64,000 nt of DNA from NCBI GenBank assembly GCA_041488275.1, contig JBGPOY010000004.1, forward strand, positions 795-64,794, written 5' to 3'. Source of the DNA: Candidatus Nanoarchaeia archaeon (GTDB taxonomy: Archaea; Nanobdellota; Nanobdellia; Woesearchaeales; ARS49). This document shows positions 1-8,565 of this stretch, in pieces (the first letter of the stretch is position 1; each line of letters begins with the position of its first letter). Below the pieces are notes generated by a model that made no database searches, was not told the DNA's origin, and saw nothing but the letters and a program-made list of their open reading frames with translations. The position numbers were made by a program, and so were the translations under genes.

Positions 1-692
1 GCTTTCAACTGCTTGCATAAACTGCATGCGTTCTTGACTGCATCGCCCAAGTTTTCGAGGTTGTTGACCAATGCCCAGTGCGCGAGCGCGTCGTGCGGCG
101 CGATTTGGAGTTCCTGCGCCATTTTCGGGGAGCGCAGGCTGCCTTTCAGGAGGCGGTAGAGTAGAAAGTAGAGGCGGTTCATGTCGTAGTCGCGCAAGGC
201 AACGCCGTCGTAGAGTTTCGTGTTGTCCAAGCCCGCGACGCTGTCCTGCAGCATCGAGCGCAGAATCATGTCCATCCTTCGCAGGGTTTTGTCCACCGAG
301 ACTTCGGAGAGATTGAGCAAGTCGCGCGCGACCAGCCGCTTGGACGTCTGCTCCATGATTTCGAGCGCGACAAAGTCGTGCAGCAGTTTGCGGATGTCTT
401 TCGACTTCTCGGGCAGCGATTCGCCGGTGAGAGTAATGGTGCCGTAATTGTTGACGTACGCGCTTGTGATATCTCGTCCAATCGTGTCAAGGTCTTTCTG
501 GTCAATCTCGATGGTCTTTTCGCGCGTTTCCGTGGGAGCGCTCTTCGCGTCTGAGGAAATGGCCAGTTCGCCGCCGCGCTCAGTAATATAGAGAAGGCTG
601 CCTTTGCCGAGCTGGTTCTTCACGAGCCATTCCTTCGGCAGAGCGATGGTGTGGCTGCTGGGACCTGCTTTGACGAGTTTGCGGATGTGCAT
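1..692 (-). CDS. AbrB/MazE-type N-terminal domain + PhoU-like phosphate uptake regulator (3' part runs off the window)
   Basis: Not in the ORF track. Manual translation gives MHIRKLVKAGPSSHTIALPKEWLVKNQLGKG...RDITSAYVNNY...RDYDMNRLYFLLYR. A GAGGTGA SD lies upstream. Confidence 0.8.
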   Translation of the reverse strand, partial: MHIRKLVKAGPSSHTIALPKEWLVKNQLGKGSLLYITERGGELAISSDAKSAPTETREKTIEIDQKDLDTIGRDITSAYVNNYGTITLTGESLPEKSKDIRKLLHDFVALEIMEQTSKRLVARDLLNLSEVSVDKTLRRMDMILRSMLQDSVAGLDNTKLYDGVALRDYDMNRLYFLLYRLLKGSLRSPKMAQELQIAPHDALAHWALVNNLENLGDAVKNACSLCKQLK

Positions 693-1261
693 CGGCTCAC
701 CTCTTTATAGACGGAAATAAGTATGAAACGTATTTGCGGTATTCACAATACGTTAAACCTATATTAAGCTTACGCCATAAGAGTAGTATGATCCCCAAGC
801 AACCTTGGGGAACTGTAACATCCAACAAAAACGCGAGAGAATATGCAAACACTGCACATTTTCGGGCGATGAGGCGAGACTCGCAGGCACAAGGTCTCCC
901 CGTTGTTGGCCGACGCTGAGTGCTCCGCTATATGCGTCGTCCTTCCCACCATTTTTTACTCTCGCGCTTTATAATCCGTTGGCGCACGCAGAGAAAGCTC
1001 TGCTGCACATGAGAACGCGCAAGCGTTTTCGTTGTGCGTGTTGGCAAGATTGCACACCACACGCATCACTCCTCACCGGGGCGAGAAACGCTCGCCCCAT
1101 CCCTATCATGCTCACCAACCCCCCTCAATACAAAAAGATGGCGCGAACCAGCTCATTCTTTGCACGTTTCGCGCCTTCTTTTATTTTACTCCTTTCCTAC
1201 GCGGTGCTGTACGACAAGTCACACTTCGTCGAAGCGCTCTACTACCTGGTGCACGGCTCCG

Positions 1262-2374
1262 ATGCGCATAACTAATCCGGGACTGCTCGTGCAGTTCGAC
1301 GCGTTCATCGATGCTATCACGCCCGAAGATAAGGTCGGGCTGTTCTACGACGATGACCCTGACGGCGTTTGCTCCGGTTCTCTGGTCGTCACCGCCCTTG
1401 AGCGCTTTCGCAACAACAAAATCACGCTCGCTCTTTCCTCGGACCGCGGCAAGTACGGCATGACGGAAGAGCACGTCAAGAAATTCAAGAAAGCGGGCAT
1501 CACCAAAGTCATCACGTGCGACAACGCCATCGAAGAACACACCGAACCCGTCGAAGCCATCGCCAAATTCGCGGACGTGCTCGAGATTGACAACCACGCC
1601 ATCTGCGGTTCCTTCAAGTCTCCCCGTATTCTCATGATGAAGCCTCAATTGTACGTCGAGGATATCGACTACAGCAAGTACTGCACGAGCAAGCTTGTCT
1701 ATGACCTGTTCTCCCGCCACGGCGACCTGCGCGACCGCGACTGGGTCGCCGTCACCGGCTGCATCACCGACATCTCGACCGAGCCGTGGATGGCGTGGAT
1801 TAAGACCGTCGCGAAAAAGTACCGCATCAAATTGCAGAAGGACAAGTTCAAGACAGAATTCGGCAGGGTCGGCATTTACATCAACGACGCAATCTCCTAC
1901 AATCCCAAGAACGTGGCCGAAGCGCTGCGGGAAACGCTCGCCGCGCGCAACCCGAAAGAACTCCTCAACTCCTCACTCAAAAAGTATCACGCAGAGGTCG
2001 AAGCCGAACTCAGGAAATGGATTGACGCGCTCAAGACGAGAGGCGAATGGTATCCTGACTTGAGTCTCGTGTTTTACCAAGTCGCGCCGAAATTCAGAAT
2101 CAAGAGTGCGCTGAGCACGATTCTCGGGCTCAACTACCCTCACCTCACGCTCGTGATTGCCTCGCCGGAAGGCACGAACATGACGCTTTCCGCCCGACGA
2201 GGCGACAAAACTATCGCCGTTAACCGCTTGTTCCAGCTCGCGCTTGAAGGACTGCCTGGAGCTGCCGGCGGGGGTCACATTCCCGCAGCAGGCGGCGCGT
2301 GCAAGGTCAAGGACTTCCCGAAGTTCAAGAACCGCGTCATCGAGCTGCTGAAGTCGGGATTTACGGGACTTTGA
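1262..2374 (+). CDS. DHH/DHHA1-family phosphoesterase (RecJ/NrnA-like)
   Basis: YDDDPDG, variant DNH in place of DHH, SARR and C-terminal GGGH motifs; start taken at MRITNPG. Confidence 0.75.
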   Translation: MRITNPGLLVQFDAFIDAITPEDKVGLFYDDDPDGVCSGSLVVTALERFRNNKITLALSSDRGKYGMTEEHVKKFKKAGITKVITCDNAIEEHTEPVEAIAKFADVLEIDNHAICGSFKSPRILMMKPQLYVEDIDYSKYCTSKLVYDLFSRHGDLRDRDWVAVTGCITDISTEPWMAWIKTVAKKYRIKLQKDKFKTEFGRVGIYINDAISYNPKNVAEALRETLAARNPKELLNSSLKKYHAEVEAELRKWIDALKTRGEWYPDLSLVFYQVAPKFRIKSALSTILGLNYPHLTLVIASPEGTNMTLSARRGDKTIAVNRLFQLALEGLPGAAGGGHIPAAGGACKVKDFPKFKNRVIELLKSGFTGL

Positions 2375-2439
2375 AGAGCAGTCTTGTAACACAAAGTCTT
2401 AAAAACACCGTTGACTTCTGTCGAAGAATAGGTGATTGT

Positions 2440-3930
2440 GTGCAATTCAAAAAAAGTCAGAGTGCATTCATTCTCGCGCTCTTGATTCTGTCCGTATCTG
2501 TTGTTGCACAAATGTCGCCGACAACCGGTCCCGACTGCACTTCAGCAACTGCTGCAGGTAACGTTGAGATTTGTAATGGCATCGATGATAATTGTAACGG
2601 CGCAATCGATGAGCGTCTTGGAAATACGGAGTGCGGAACAGGACCGTGCGCTACGTCAGTGCCTGCGTGTGTGAAAGGCATCCCCCAATCGTGTACACCG
2701 AAGCCCGCGCCAAGCTCCTATGAGATTTGCGGAAACGGCATTGATGACAATTGTAATGGACAAGTCGATGAGAACTGTCAGCCTGCCTGCACCTCAAATT
2801 GGGTATGGTCGGCGTGGAGCGCATGCTCTTCAGGTGTACAAACAAGAACCACCTCTGATGCAAACAATTGCCCGACCTCGATAGGGCGTCCCGCAGATCA
2901 AACACAAACGTGCAATGCTACCTGTACTCCTGTCACGCAAACGTGCAGTGTTGGTGTTGGCGCATGTGCTCGTTCAGGCACGCAAACGCAGTCGTGCGTG
3001 AATGGCGTGCTCGGTGCTTTGAGTGTGTGCTCTGCAACGGCAGGAGCTCCCGCCGCCGAAACCTGTGGTAATCATGTTGATGATAACTGCAATGGGCAGG
3101 TCGACGAGGGCTGCCTGTTCCAGAATGGTCAGCCGTGCCAAGTGTCGTCGCAGTGTTATTCGCAAAACTGTGCGAACGGAATCTGTGCGTCCTATCAGGA
3201 TTGTATCACCTCGTGCACCTCGCTGGCGCAGAATTGTGTCAGCTACAGTTGCGGATGGTTTGGATGGTCGACCTGCCAGCAGTGCACCCCGTACCAAAAC
3301 CTCAATACGGCATGTGCACAAGGGTGCAATCAACCGTGTACTCCGGTGTCGCAGCCGTGTAGCGTGGGTGTTGGCGCATGTGCCCGTTCAGGTACGCAAA
3401 CGCAATCGTGCGTGAATGGCGTCCTTGGTGCCCCCGGTGCGTGTTCTGCAACTCCCGGTACTCCTATTGCTGAAATATGCGGCAACGCGATTGACGATAA
3501 CTGCGACGGCCAAATCGACGAAGGTTGCTCAACGCCACCCTGCACACAGGGAACGACCACGTGCGGTCTCGGCGCATGCCAAAATACGATTCAGAATTGC
3601 ATCAACGGCGTTCCGCAAACCTGCACTCCCGGTCCGACGTACCCGAGCCCCGAGATTTGCAGCAACGGGATCGATGAAAATTGTAACGGCCAAATCGATG
3701 AAGGTTGCCTGTTCCAGAATGGCCATTCTTGTCAAGTGTCGTCGCAGTGTTATTCGCAAAACTGTGCGAACGGCATTTGCGGCTCCTATCAGGAGTGCAT
3801 CAACTCATGCACCTCGCTGGCGCAGAATTGTGTCAGCTACAGTTGCGGGTGGTTTGGATGGTCAACCTGCCAGCAGTGCAACTCGTACCCGTCTCTGAAT
3901 CAAGCGTGCGCGCTCTCCTGCAATCCTTGA
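2440..3930 (+). CDS. Secreted cysteine-rich repeat surface protein (E-x-C-x-x-x-D-[DE]-N-C-[ND]-G-x-[IV]-D-E repeats, TSP1-like WSAWSACS module)
   Basis: GGTGA SD then GTG; N-terminal KKSQ followed by a hydrophobic stretch; five DD/DENC repeats; duplicated Cys modules. Confidence 0.8.
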   Translation: MQFKKSQSAFILALLILSVSVVAQMSPTTGPDCTSATAAGNVEICNGIDDNCNGAIDERLGNTECGTGPCATSVPACVKGIPQSCTPKPAPSSYEICGNGIDDNCNGQVDENCQPACTSNWVWSAWSACSSGVQTRTTSDANNCPTSIGRPADQTQTCNATCTPVTQTCSVGVGACARSGTQTQSCVNGVLGALSVCSATAGAPAAETCGNHVDDNCNGQVDEGCLFQNGQPCQVSSQCYSQNCANGICASYQDCITSCTSLAQNCVSYSCGWFGWSTCQQCTPYQNLNTACAQGCNQPCTPVSQPCSVGVGACARSGTQTQSCVNGVLGAPGACSATPGTPIAEICGNAIDDNCDGQIDEGCSTPPCTQGTTTCGLGACQNTIQNCINGVPQTCTPGPTYPSPEICSNGIDENCNGQIDEGCLFQNGHSCQVSSQCYSQNCANGICGSYQECINSCTSLAQNCVSYSCGWFGWSTCQQCNSYPSLNQACALSCNP

Positions 3931-3985
3931 ACTCTCTAGTCTACCCGCTATATTCTTTTAAAATTGGTTCGTGCTTTCTCGTCGT

Positions 3986-5491
3986 ATGAGAGAGTTGGTG
4001 GATGCCGAAACGTGGCAGCTGGTGCAGGACCGATTAGCCGCGGCGCTCGGGCTTCCGGTCGTCACGGTAGACTTGTCCGGCCACATCGAGTTCCGTTCCG
4101 GAACGTTCCCGTTTTTCTGCGAGATTGTGATGAAGCGCGGCGGACAGTTTTGCACGCTCTGCCGGCAGGACTGGGCGGCAAATGCCTCAGGCGTGTATCA
4201 GGATTCTTGCCATGCAGGGCTGTACTCCATCACCGTTCCTGTCTTGATTGACGACAAAAAAGTGGGCGCCTTGATGGTCGAAGGCATCCGCGCAGACCAG
4301 CGCCTCCAAGAAGCCGCGGTCAAAGCCGCCTCGCTCATCGGCGTCGGCTCGGAAGAGCTCGTGGACGAAATCCCGAACGTGCCGATGCAGACTCCTGCGC
4401 AGCTTGCGACCATTCGCCAGCTGCTCGAGACGTTCGCGTCAACCTTGCCGCGCATCGCGTCCGACCGCAGCAAAGACAAGCGCGAAGCGCGTCAGCTGAC
4501 AGTCTTGCTGGACTTTCTCAACCAGCTCGGCGCGACGTTTGATCTTCCGAAAATCCTGAGCACGACGCTCAACTTTTGCATGAAGACATTCACGCTCGAG
4601 GACTGCAGCGTGCGGTACGGCGACGAAACTGCTCGCTTCGCGTACTTGGAAAAGCGCGATGACGCGTGCAAACCGTTAGAAGAAGCGCTCTGGGCGCACT
4701 TACAGAACAGCAAGATGGCGCTGTTTCTCGCGGACGTGCGGGATGACTTCCTGCTGGGACAGGTGGCGGGCATCGCGAACAGCGTACTTGCCGTCCCGAT
4801 TTTGTGGCAGGGCGTGTGCAAGGGCATGCTCGTGCTGTACGGCAAAGTCGGCGAAGAACTGAGAGCGTACGAGGACGTCGTTCGCGCGCTCGCGCAGCGC
4901 ATCGAAGCCGCGCTTGCCGCCGCGCGCAAGTACAAGGAAGCGCAGGAAACAGCCGTCACGGACAAGCTGACCGGATTGTACAACAAGCACTACTTTACCG
5001 AGACGTTCAAGAACGAAGTCGTGCGCGCCTCCAAATTCAAGCGTCCGACGTCGCTTATCATTTTTGACGTGGACAACTTCAAGAGCTACAACGACACGTA
5101 CGGGCATCCGGAAGGCGACAAACTGCTTTCCGAACTCGGACGCGTGCTGCGCGAGACCGTCGGCCAGATTGACACGTCCTGCCGTTACGGCGGAGAGGAG
5201 TTTGTCGTTATTCTGCCGGAAACCAAGCCCGAGCACGCGATGGCGGTCTCCGAGCGCATTCGTTCCGCAATCGATACAACAAATTTCCCGAACCGCAAGA
5301 CCACCATCAGTTTGGGAGTCATCACATGCATGAATTCGTCGGCATCCGCGGACTTTATGCTGAAGGAAGCCGACCGCGCGCTCTACAAGAGCAAGCACCT
5401 GGGCAAAAACCGTTCCACAGGATTCATCATCGTGGACAAGAACTTGGGAACCATTGATGCAAGCGAAGCGAGCGGACAGAAAGTCGTCTAG
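3986..5491 (+). CDS. PocR-GAF-GGDEF diguanylate cyclase
   Basis: TDKLTGLYN, DVDNFKSYNDTYGHPEGD, RYGGEEF, ADRALYKSKHLGKN; N-terminal PocR-like cysteines (FCEIV...FCTLC...SCHAGL); central GAF-like SVLAVPI...GMLVL. Confidence 0.9.
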   Translation: MRELVDAETWQLVQDRLAAALGLPVVTVDLSGHIEFRSGTFPFFCEIVMKRGGQFCTLCRQDWAANASGVYQDSCHAGLYSITVPVLIDDKKVGALMVEGIRADQRLQEAAVKAASLIGVGSEELVDEIPNVPMQTPAQLATIRQLLETFASTLPRIASDRSKDKREARQLTVLLDFLNQLGATFDLPKILSTTLNFCMKTFTLEDCSVRYGDETARFAYLEKRDDACKPLEEALWAHLQNSKMALFLADVRDDFLLGQVAGIANSVLAVPILWQGVCKGMLVLYGKVGEELRAYEDVVRALAQRIEAALAAARKYKEAQETAVTDKLTGLYNKHYFTETFKNEVVRASKFKRPTSLIIFDVDNFKSYNDTYGHPEGDKLLSELGRVLRETVGQIDTSCRYGGEEFVVILPETKPEHAMAVSERIRSAIDTTNFPNRKTTISLGVITCMNSSASADFMLKEADRALYKSKHLGKNRSTGFIIVDKNLGTIDASEASGQKVV

Positions 5492-6685
5492 TTACTTGCT
5501 CGTCAGAATTTCTACTACGTCGCGGTGTTTCAGGAGCGTGTCGCGCCCGATTTTGCGCTTCGTCTTCACGTCCATCGCGGCGACGAAGTTCTTCGCCAAG
5601 TCCGTGTGAATCTTGTTCGCAAAGTCGAGCGCCGTTGAGCCGGGAGGCAGCAGGAAGCAGTCGGGCAGGACGTTGCCGTCCTTGTCTGCGAGCTTGTTGA
5701 CGCCGCCGGGGAAGATGGCCATGTACTTGAGCAGTTCAAACACGGCGGTGTTGAGGACGGTTTGCGCGCCGGTACCGCCGTACTTGTGCAGGACGGACTT
5801 GCGGATGTATTCGAGCGCGTCCTTTTGCTTCGGGTTGACGTTGCCTTTGATAGTAAAATCCTTGTCGCCGGGCAGATAGTCGATAAGTCCTGCCTTTGCC
5901 GCTGTCCTGAGCGTCAGTTCTGCTTCGGCGCTGATAGGAATAATGGTGAGCTGCGGGAACTCCTTCCGGATGCGCGTAAGGTTTGCTTCCGCGCTCGGCA
6001 GGTCCATTTTGTTTGCCGCGATAATCATCGGTTTGCTGCGCGCGCGCACGGTGACGGCAATCTCTTTCAATTGCTCGTCCGTCCATTCCGCCGGGCGCTC
6101 GAGCGGGAGCTTGAGTTTCTTGAGGATTTCTTCCACGAGTGATTCGGAGATGTTCAGTCCGGAGAGCTGCTTGGCAAGCGCTTTCACGACTTGCCCTTTT
6201 TCCTGTTGGAGTGTGCGCGACGTCTTTTCCCAGCCTTTCTTGATGATGCCGAACACCCACATATCGAGTTCGACTTCGAGGAAACGAATGTCGTTCGCGG
6301 GGTCGTACGTTCCCGGCGTAACGGATTCGCCTTTTTCGTTCGTGGAACCGGCCATGTCGACCACGTGCACGAACGCGTCCGCCTGCCGCAGGCCGTCCAA
6401 GAACGTGAGCCCCATGCCTTTTCCGAGGTGGGCGCCCGGCACGAGTCCGGCGACGTCCATCACTTCAACGGGAACGAAGCGCTGGTGGTTGGCGCACATG
6501 CCGAAACGCGGGTTGCATTGGACGTTGAAGTCCTTGTCCACGCAGTCGATGCGCACGAACGCGAACGCCTTGTTCGGGTCGATGGTAGCGAAAGGATAGT
6601 TCGCGATCAAGACATCAACGAGCGTGATGCTCTTGAAGAACGTGCTCTTGCCGACGTTCGCCTTGCCCACGATGCCGATTAACAT
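5492..6685 (-). CDS. ychF: Archaeal YchF/OBG-family NTPase with TGS domain
   Basis: GKANVGKST, YPFATIDPN, DVAGLV, ANKMD and C-terminal TGS (IHTDLA); TATA about 25 nt upstream of MLIGIVG. Confidence 0.9.
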   Translation of the reverse strand: MLIGIVGKANVGKSTFFKSITLVDVLIANYPFATIDPNKAFAFVRIDCVDKDFNVQCNPRFGMCANHQRFVPVEVMDVAGLVPGAHLGKGMGLTFLDGLRQADAFVHVVDMAGSTNEKGESVTPGTYDPANDIRFLEVELDMWVFGIIKKGWEKTSRTLQQEKGQVVKALAKQLSGLNISESLVEEILKKLKLPLERPAEWTDEQLKEIAVTVRARSKPMIIAANKMDLPSAEANLTRIRKEFPQLTIIPISAEAELTLRTAAKAGLIDYLPGDKDFTIKGNVNPKQKDALEYIRKSVLHKYGGTGAQTVLNTAVFELLKYMAIFPGGVNKLADKDGNVLPDCFLLPPGSTALDFANKIHTDLAKNFVAAMDVKTKRKIGRDTLLKHRDVVEILTSK

Positions 6686-6725
6686 GCGTCTTTTGCGCTT
6701 CTGCTCGTTATATAAGCTTTCCTCT

Positions 6726-6862
6726 GGCAAGAGGAAGCGTCGCGCTCGGCCCGCCACCTGTCCTTGCTCTCCGTGCCCCTGCAGTATGGTCGTGCGTCGT
6801 GGCGGAAAGGTGCTGAGTTGAACGCTGTTTCTGCCTCGCGCTCCAAGTCGCTTCCTCTTGCC
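6726..6862. other. 137-nt segment closed by a perfect 14-bp inverted repeat (candidate ncRNA or miniature element)
   Basis: GGCAAGAGGAAGCG (6726-6739) pairs with CGCTTCCTCTTGCC (6849-6862); internal CCGCCAC/GTGGCGG stem; lies between two divergent TATA boxes. Confidence 0.45.
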
Positions 6863-6912
6863 TTCCTTACCTTCACGAAACCCTTATAAATGCGGCTCGC
6901 CCGAAAGGAGTC

Positions 6913-7512
6913 ATGGCCGAACAAGAGGTGACGTACGGCGGCAAGGAGGCCGACGTCAAGTTTACGGTCGTCTACAAGGACGTGTATTCGTGGGGTTACT
7001 TCTACAAGCTCTTGCACGAGTGGCTGCTGGACAACAAGTACTGCGGCGCCGATGAGGACTTCAAGGAAATCCTGTACGAACAGCTCGAAAAACCGTTCGG
7101 CACCGAAATCTGGCTGCGCTGGCGGCTCGTGAAGAAAGGCGAAGCAGTGGGACCGTATCATGAATTGTTCCAGTACTCCGTTGACGTCGACTTTCACATT
7201 CTCGGACAGAAAGAAGTCGAGGTCGTGACCGGCGGCAAGAAGTACAAGGCGGACAAAGGCGAAGTCGAAGTCGGCGTGGCAGCCCGAGTCGACATCGACC
7301 CGGAAAAGAAAATCAAGAATCACTGGCTCGGCCAGCACTTCGAGGACTTCATCTTCCGAACGTTCCTGAAACGCAAGGTCAAGCAGCACAAGAAACTCAT
7401 CACGTATGATATGCAGCGCTTTCAGGAAGCCATCAAGACGTATCTGAAACTGGAAACGTTCCTCCCCGAGCGCGAGCTCGCGGAATACTACCAGAAGCGG
7501 GACCAGAGCTAA
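6913..7512 (+). CDS. Uncharacterised protein, paralog 1 of 3
   Basis: AGGAG SD; shares Y..(F/Y)S...Y....EWL.D..Y and (K/R)(D/E)V.V...G.K.....G.V motifs with the next two ORFs. Confidence 0.8.
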   Translation: MAEQEVTYGGKEADVKFTVVYKDVYSWGYFYKLLHEWLLDNKYCGADEDFKEILYEQLEKPFGTEIWLRWRLVKKGEAVGPYHELFQYSVDVDFHILGQKEVEVVTGGKKYKADKGEVEVGVAARVDIDPEKKIKNHWLGQHFEDFIFRTFLKRKVKQHKKLITYDMQRFQEAIKTYLKLETFLPERELAEYYQKRDQS

Positions 7513-7513
7513 A

Positions 7514-8026
7514 ATGGGCGACGAAAAGACCGCGGTCGTTCCGCCAGCCGTCACGCGGTATTACGGTCCGTTCAGCTTCCGTGGATTGCTCACCGCCGTC
7601 CGCGACGGGATGAAGCGCGAAGGGTACGATGAAGTCGACGAAAACAGCTACAAGCACAAGGTCGGAGGCGAAGGCACGGACGTCGAAGTCAAGCTGGAAT
7701 CCGACCGCAAACAGAATGATTACGTTAAGTTTAAAATGAACGTTGAGATCAAGATCAGCGAAATGAAGGACGTGGAAGTCGTGCACGAGGGCGAAAAGAT
7801 GAAGATGCAGCACGGCCGCGTGCAGGCGACCGTCACCGAAACCATCGAGCTTGACTACCAGAAAGGGTTTGAGTCCAGCCCGTTCCTGCTCGGATTGCGC
7901 AAGTTTTATCACGACTTCCTCATCAAGACCAAGATTGAGGAAGACTACTGGTACGCCTCGCACCAACGCGTGCAGCGGCTCTCCCAATTGATTCGCCAGA
8001 CGCTGGGGTTCGAAATCCATGGCTGA
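7514..8026 (+). CDS. Uncharacterised protein, paralog 2 of 3
   Basis: 1-nt gap from the previous gene; YYGPFSF...EGY, KDVEV..EG.K....GRV and LDYQ...PFL..LR.FY..FL motifs. Confidence 0.8.
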   Translation: MGDEKTAVVPPAVTRYYGPFSFRGLLTAVRDGMKREGYDEVDENSYKHKVGGEGTDVEVKLESDRKQNDYVKFKMNVEIKISEMKDVEVVHEGEKMKMQHGRVQATVTETIELDYQKGFESSPFLLGLRKFYHDFLIKTKIEEDYWYASHQRVQRLSQLIRQTLGFEIHG

Positions 8027-8528
8027 ACAGGAAATCATCGTGGACAAGGAACGCATCGAGTACGAAGGCATCTTTTCTGTCGCGGGACTCTACCGTTTGA
8101 TTGACGAATGGCTGCTCGACAAGGGTTATTACCGAAAGGAACCGCAGCACATCGAGAGCGCAAAGCCCGAAGGCAAGTTCGTGGAAATGTCGCTGGAACC
8201 GTCCAAGACGCTCACGGACTACGCGCTCAGCATGCTCAAGCTGCGCATCCAGCTCAGCAACATCCGCGACGTGAGCGTCGAAACCGGCGACGGCACGAAG
8301 CAGCGCCTGAACCAAGGCAAGGTCCTCATCACGCTGAGCGGCATCCTCGTCACCGATTACGAAGGCAAGTGGGAAGGCAAGCCGCTGTTCCTCTTCATCC
8401 GCACCATCTACGACAAATTCTTGTACAAGCCCATGACCGGTGGATTTCAGGACACGGTTAGGAGAGATGCCGACCAGCTGAAGAACGTCATTTCCGGTTT
8501 CTTGAACCTGCACCGCTACACGACATAA
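8019..8528 (+). CDS. Uncharacterised protein, paralog 3 of 3
   Basis: Overlaps the previous stop; YEGIFS...LYRLIDEWLLDKGY and TDYEGKWEGKPLFLFIRTIYDKFL motifs. Confidence 0.8.
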   Translation: MAEQEIIVDKERIEYEGIFSVAGLYRLIDEWLLDKGYYRKEPQHIESAKPEGKFVEMSLEPSKTLTDYALSMLKLRIQLSNIRDVSVETGDGTKQRLNQGKVLITLSGILVTDYEGKWEGKPLFLFIRTIYDKFLYKPMTGGFQDTVRRDADQLKNVISGFLNLHRYTT

Positions 8529-8565
8529 GCTCGTGCAGAACGCGCGGCTAAAAAATTCTTGCTGA

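Noticed and set aside
860..935. Fluoride (crcB) riboswitch suggested by GGCGATGAGGC...GCTGA
   Set aside because: The required P1 and pseudoknot pairings and the 3' GCUGAUG...CUAC motif do not fit.
3109..3900. Internal near-identical repeats as a DGR template/variable pair
   Set aside because: Mismatches are not adenine-specific, both copies are in-frame protein modules, and no reverse transcriptase is nearby.
6726..6862. SRP RNA, RNase P RNA or 5S rRNA
   Set aside because: It lacks the paired SRP helix-8 motif, the RNase P CR-I/CR-V pairing and 5S conserved loops, and is too short for the archaeal SRP and RNase P RNAs.
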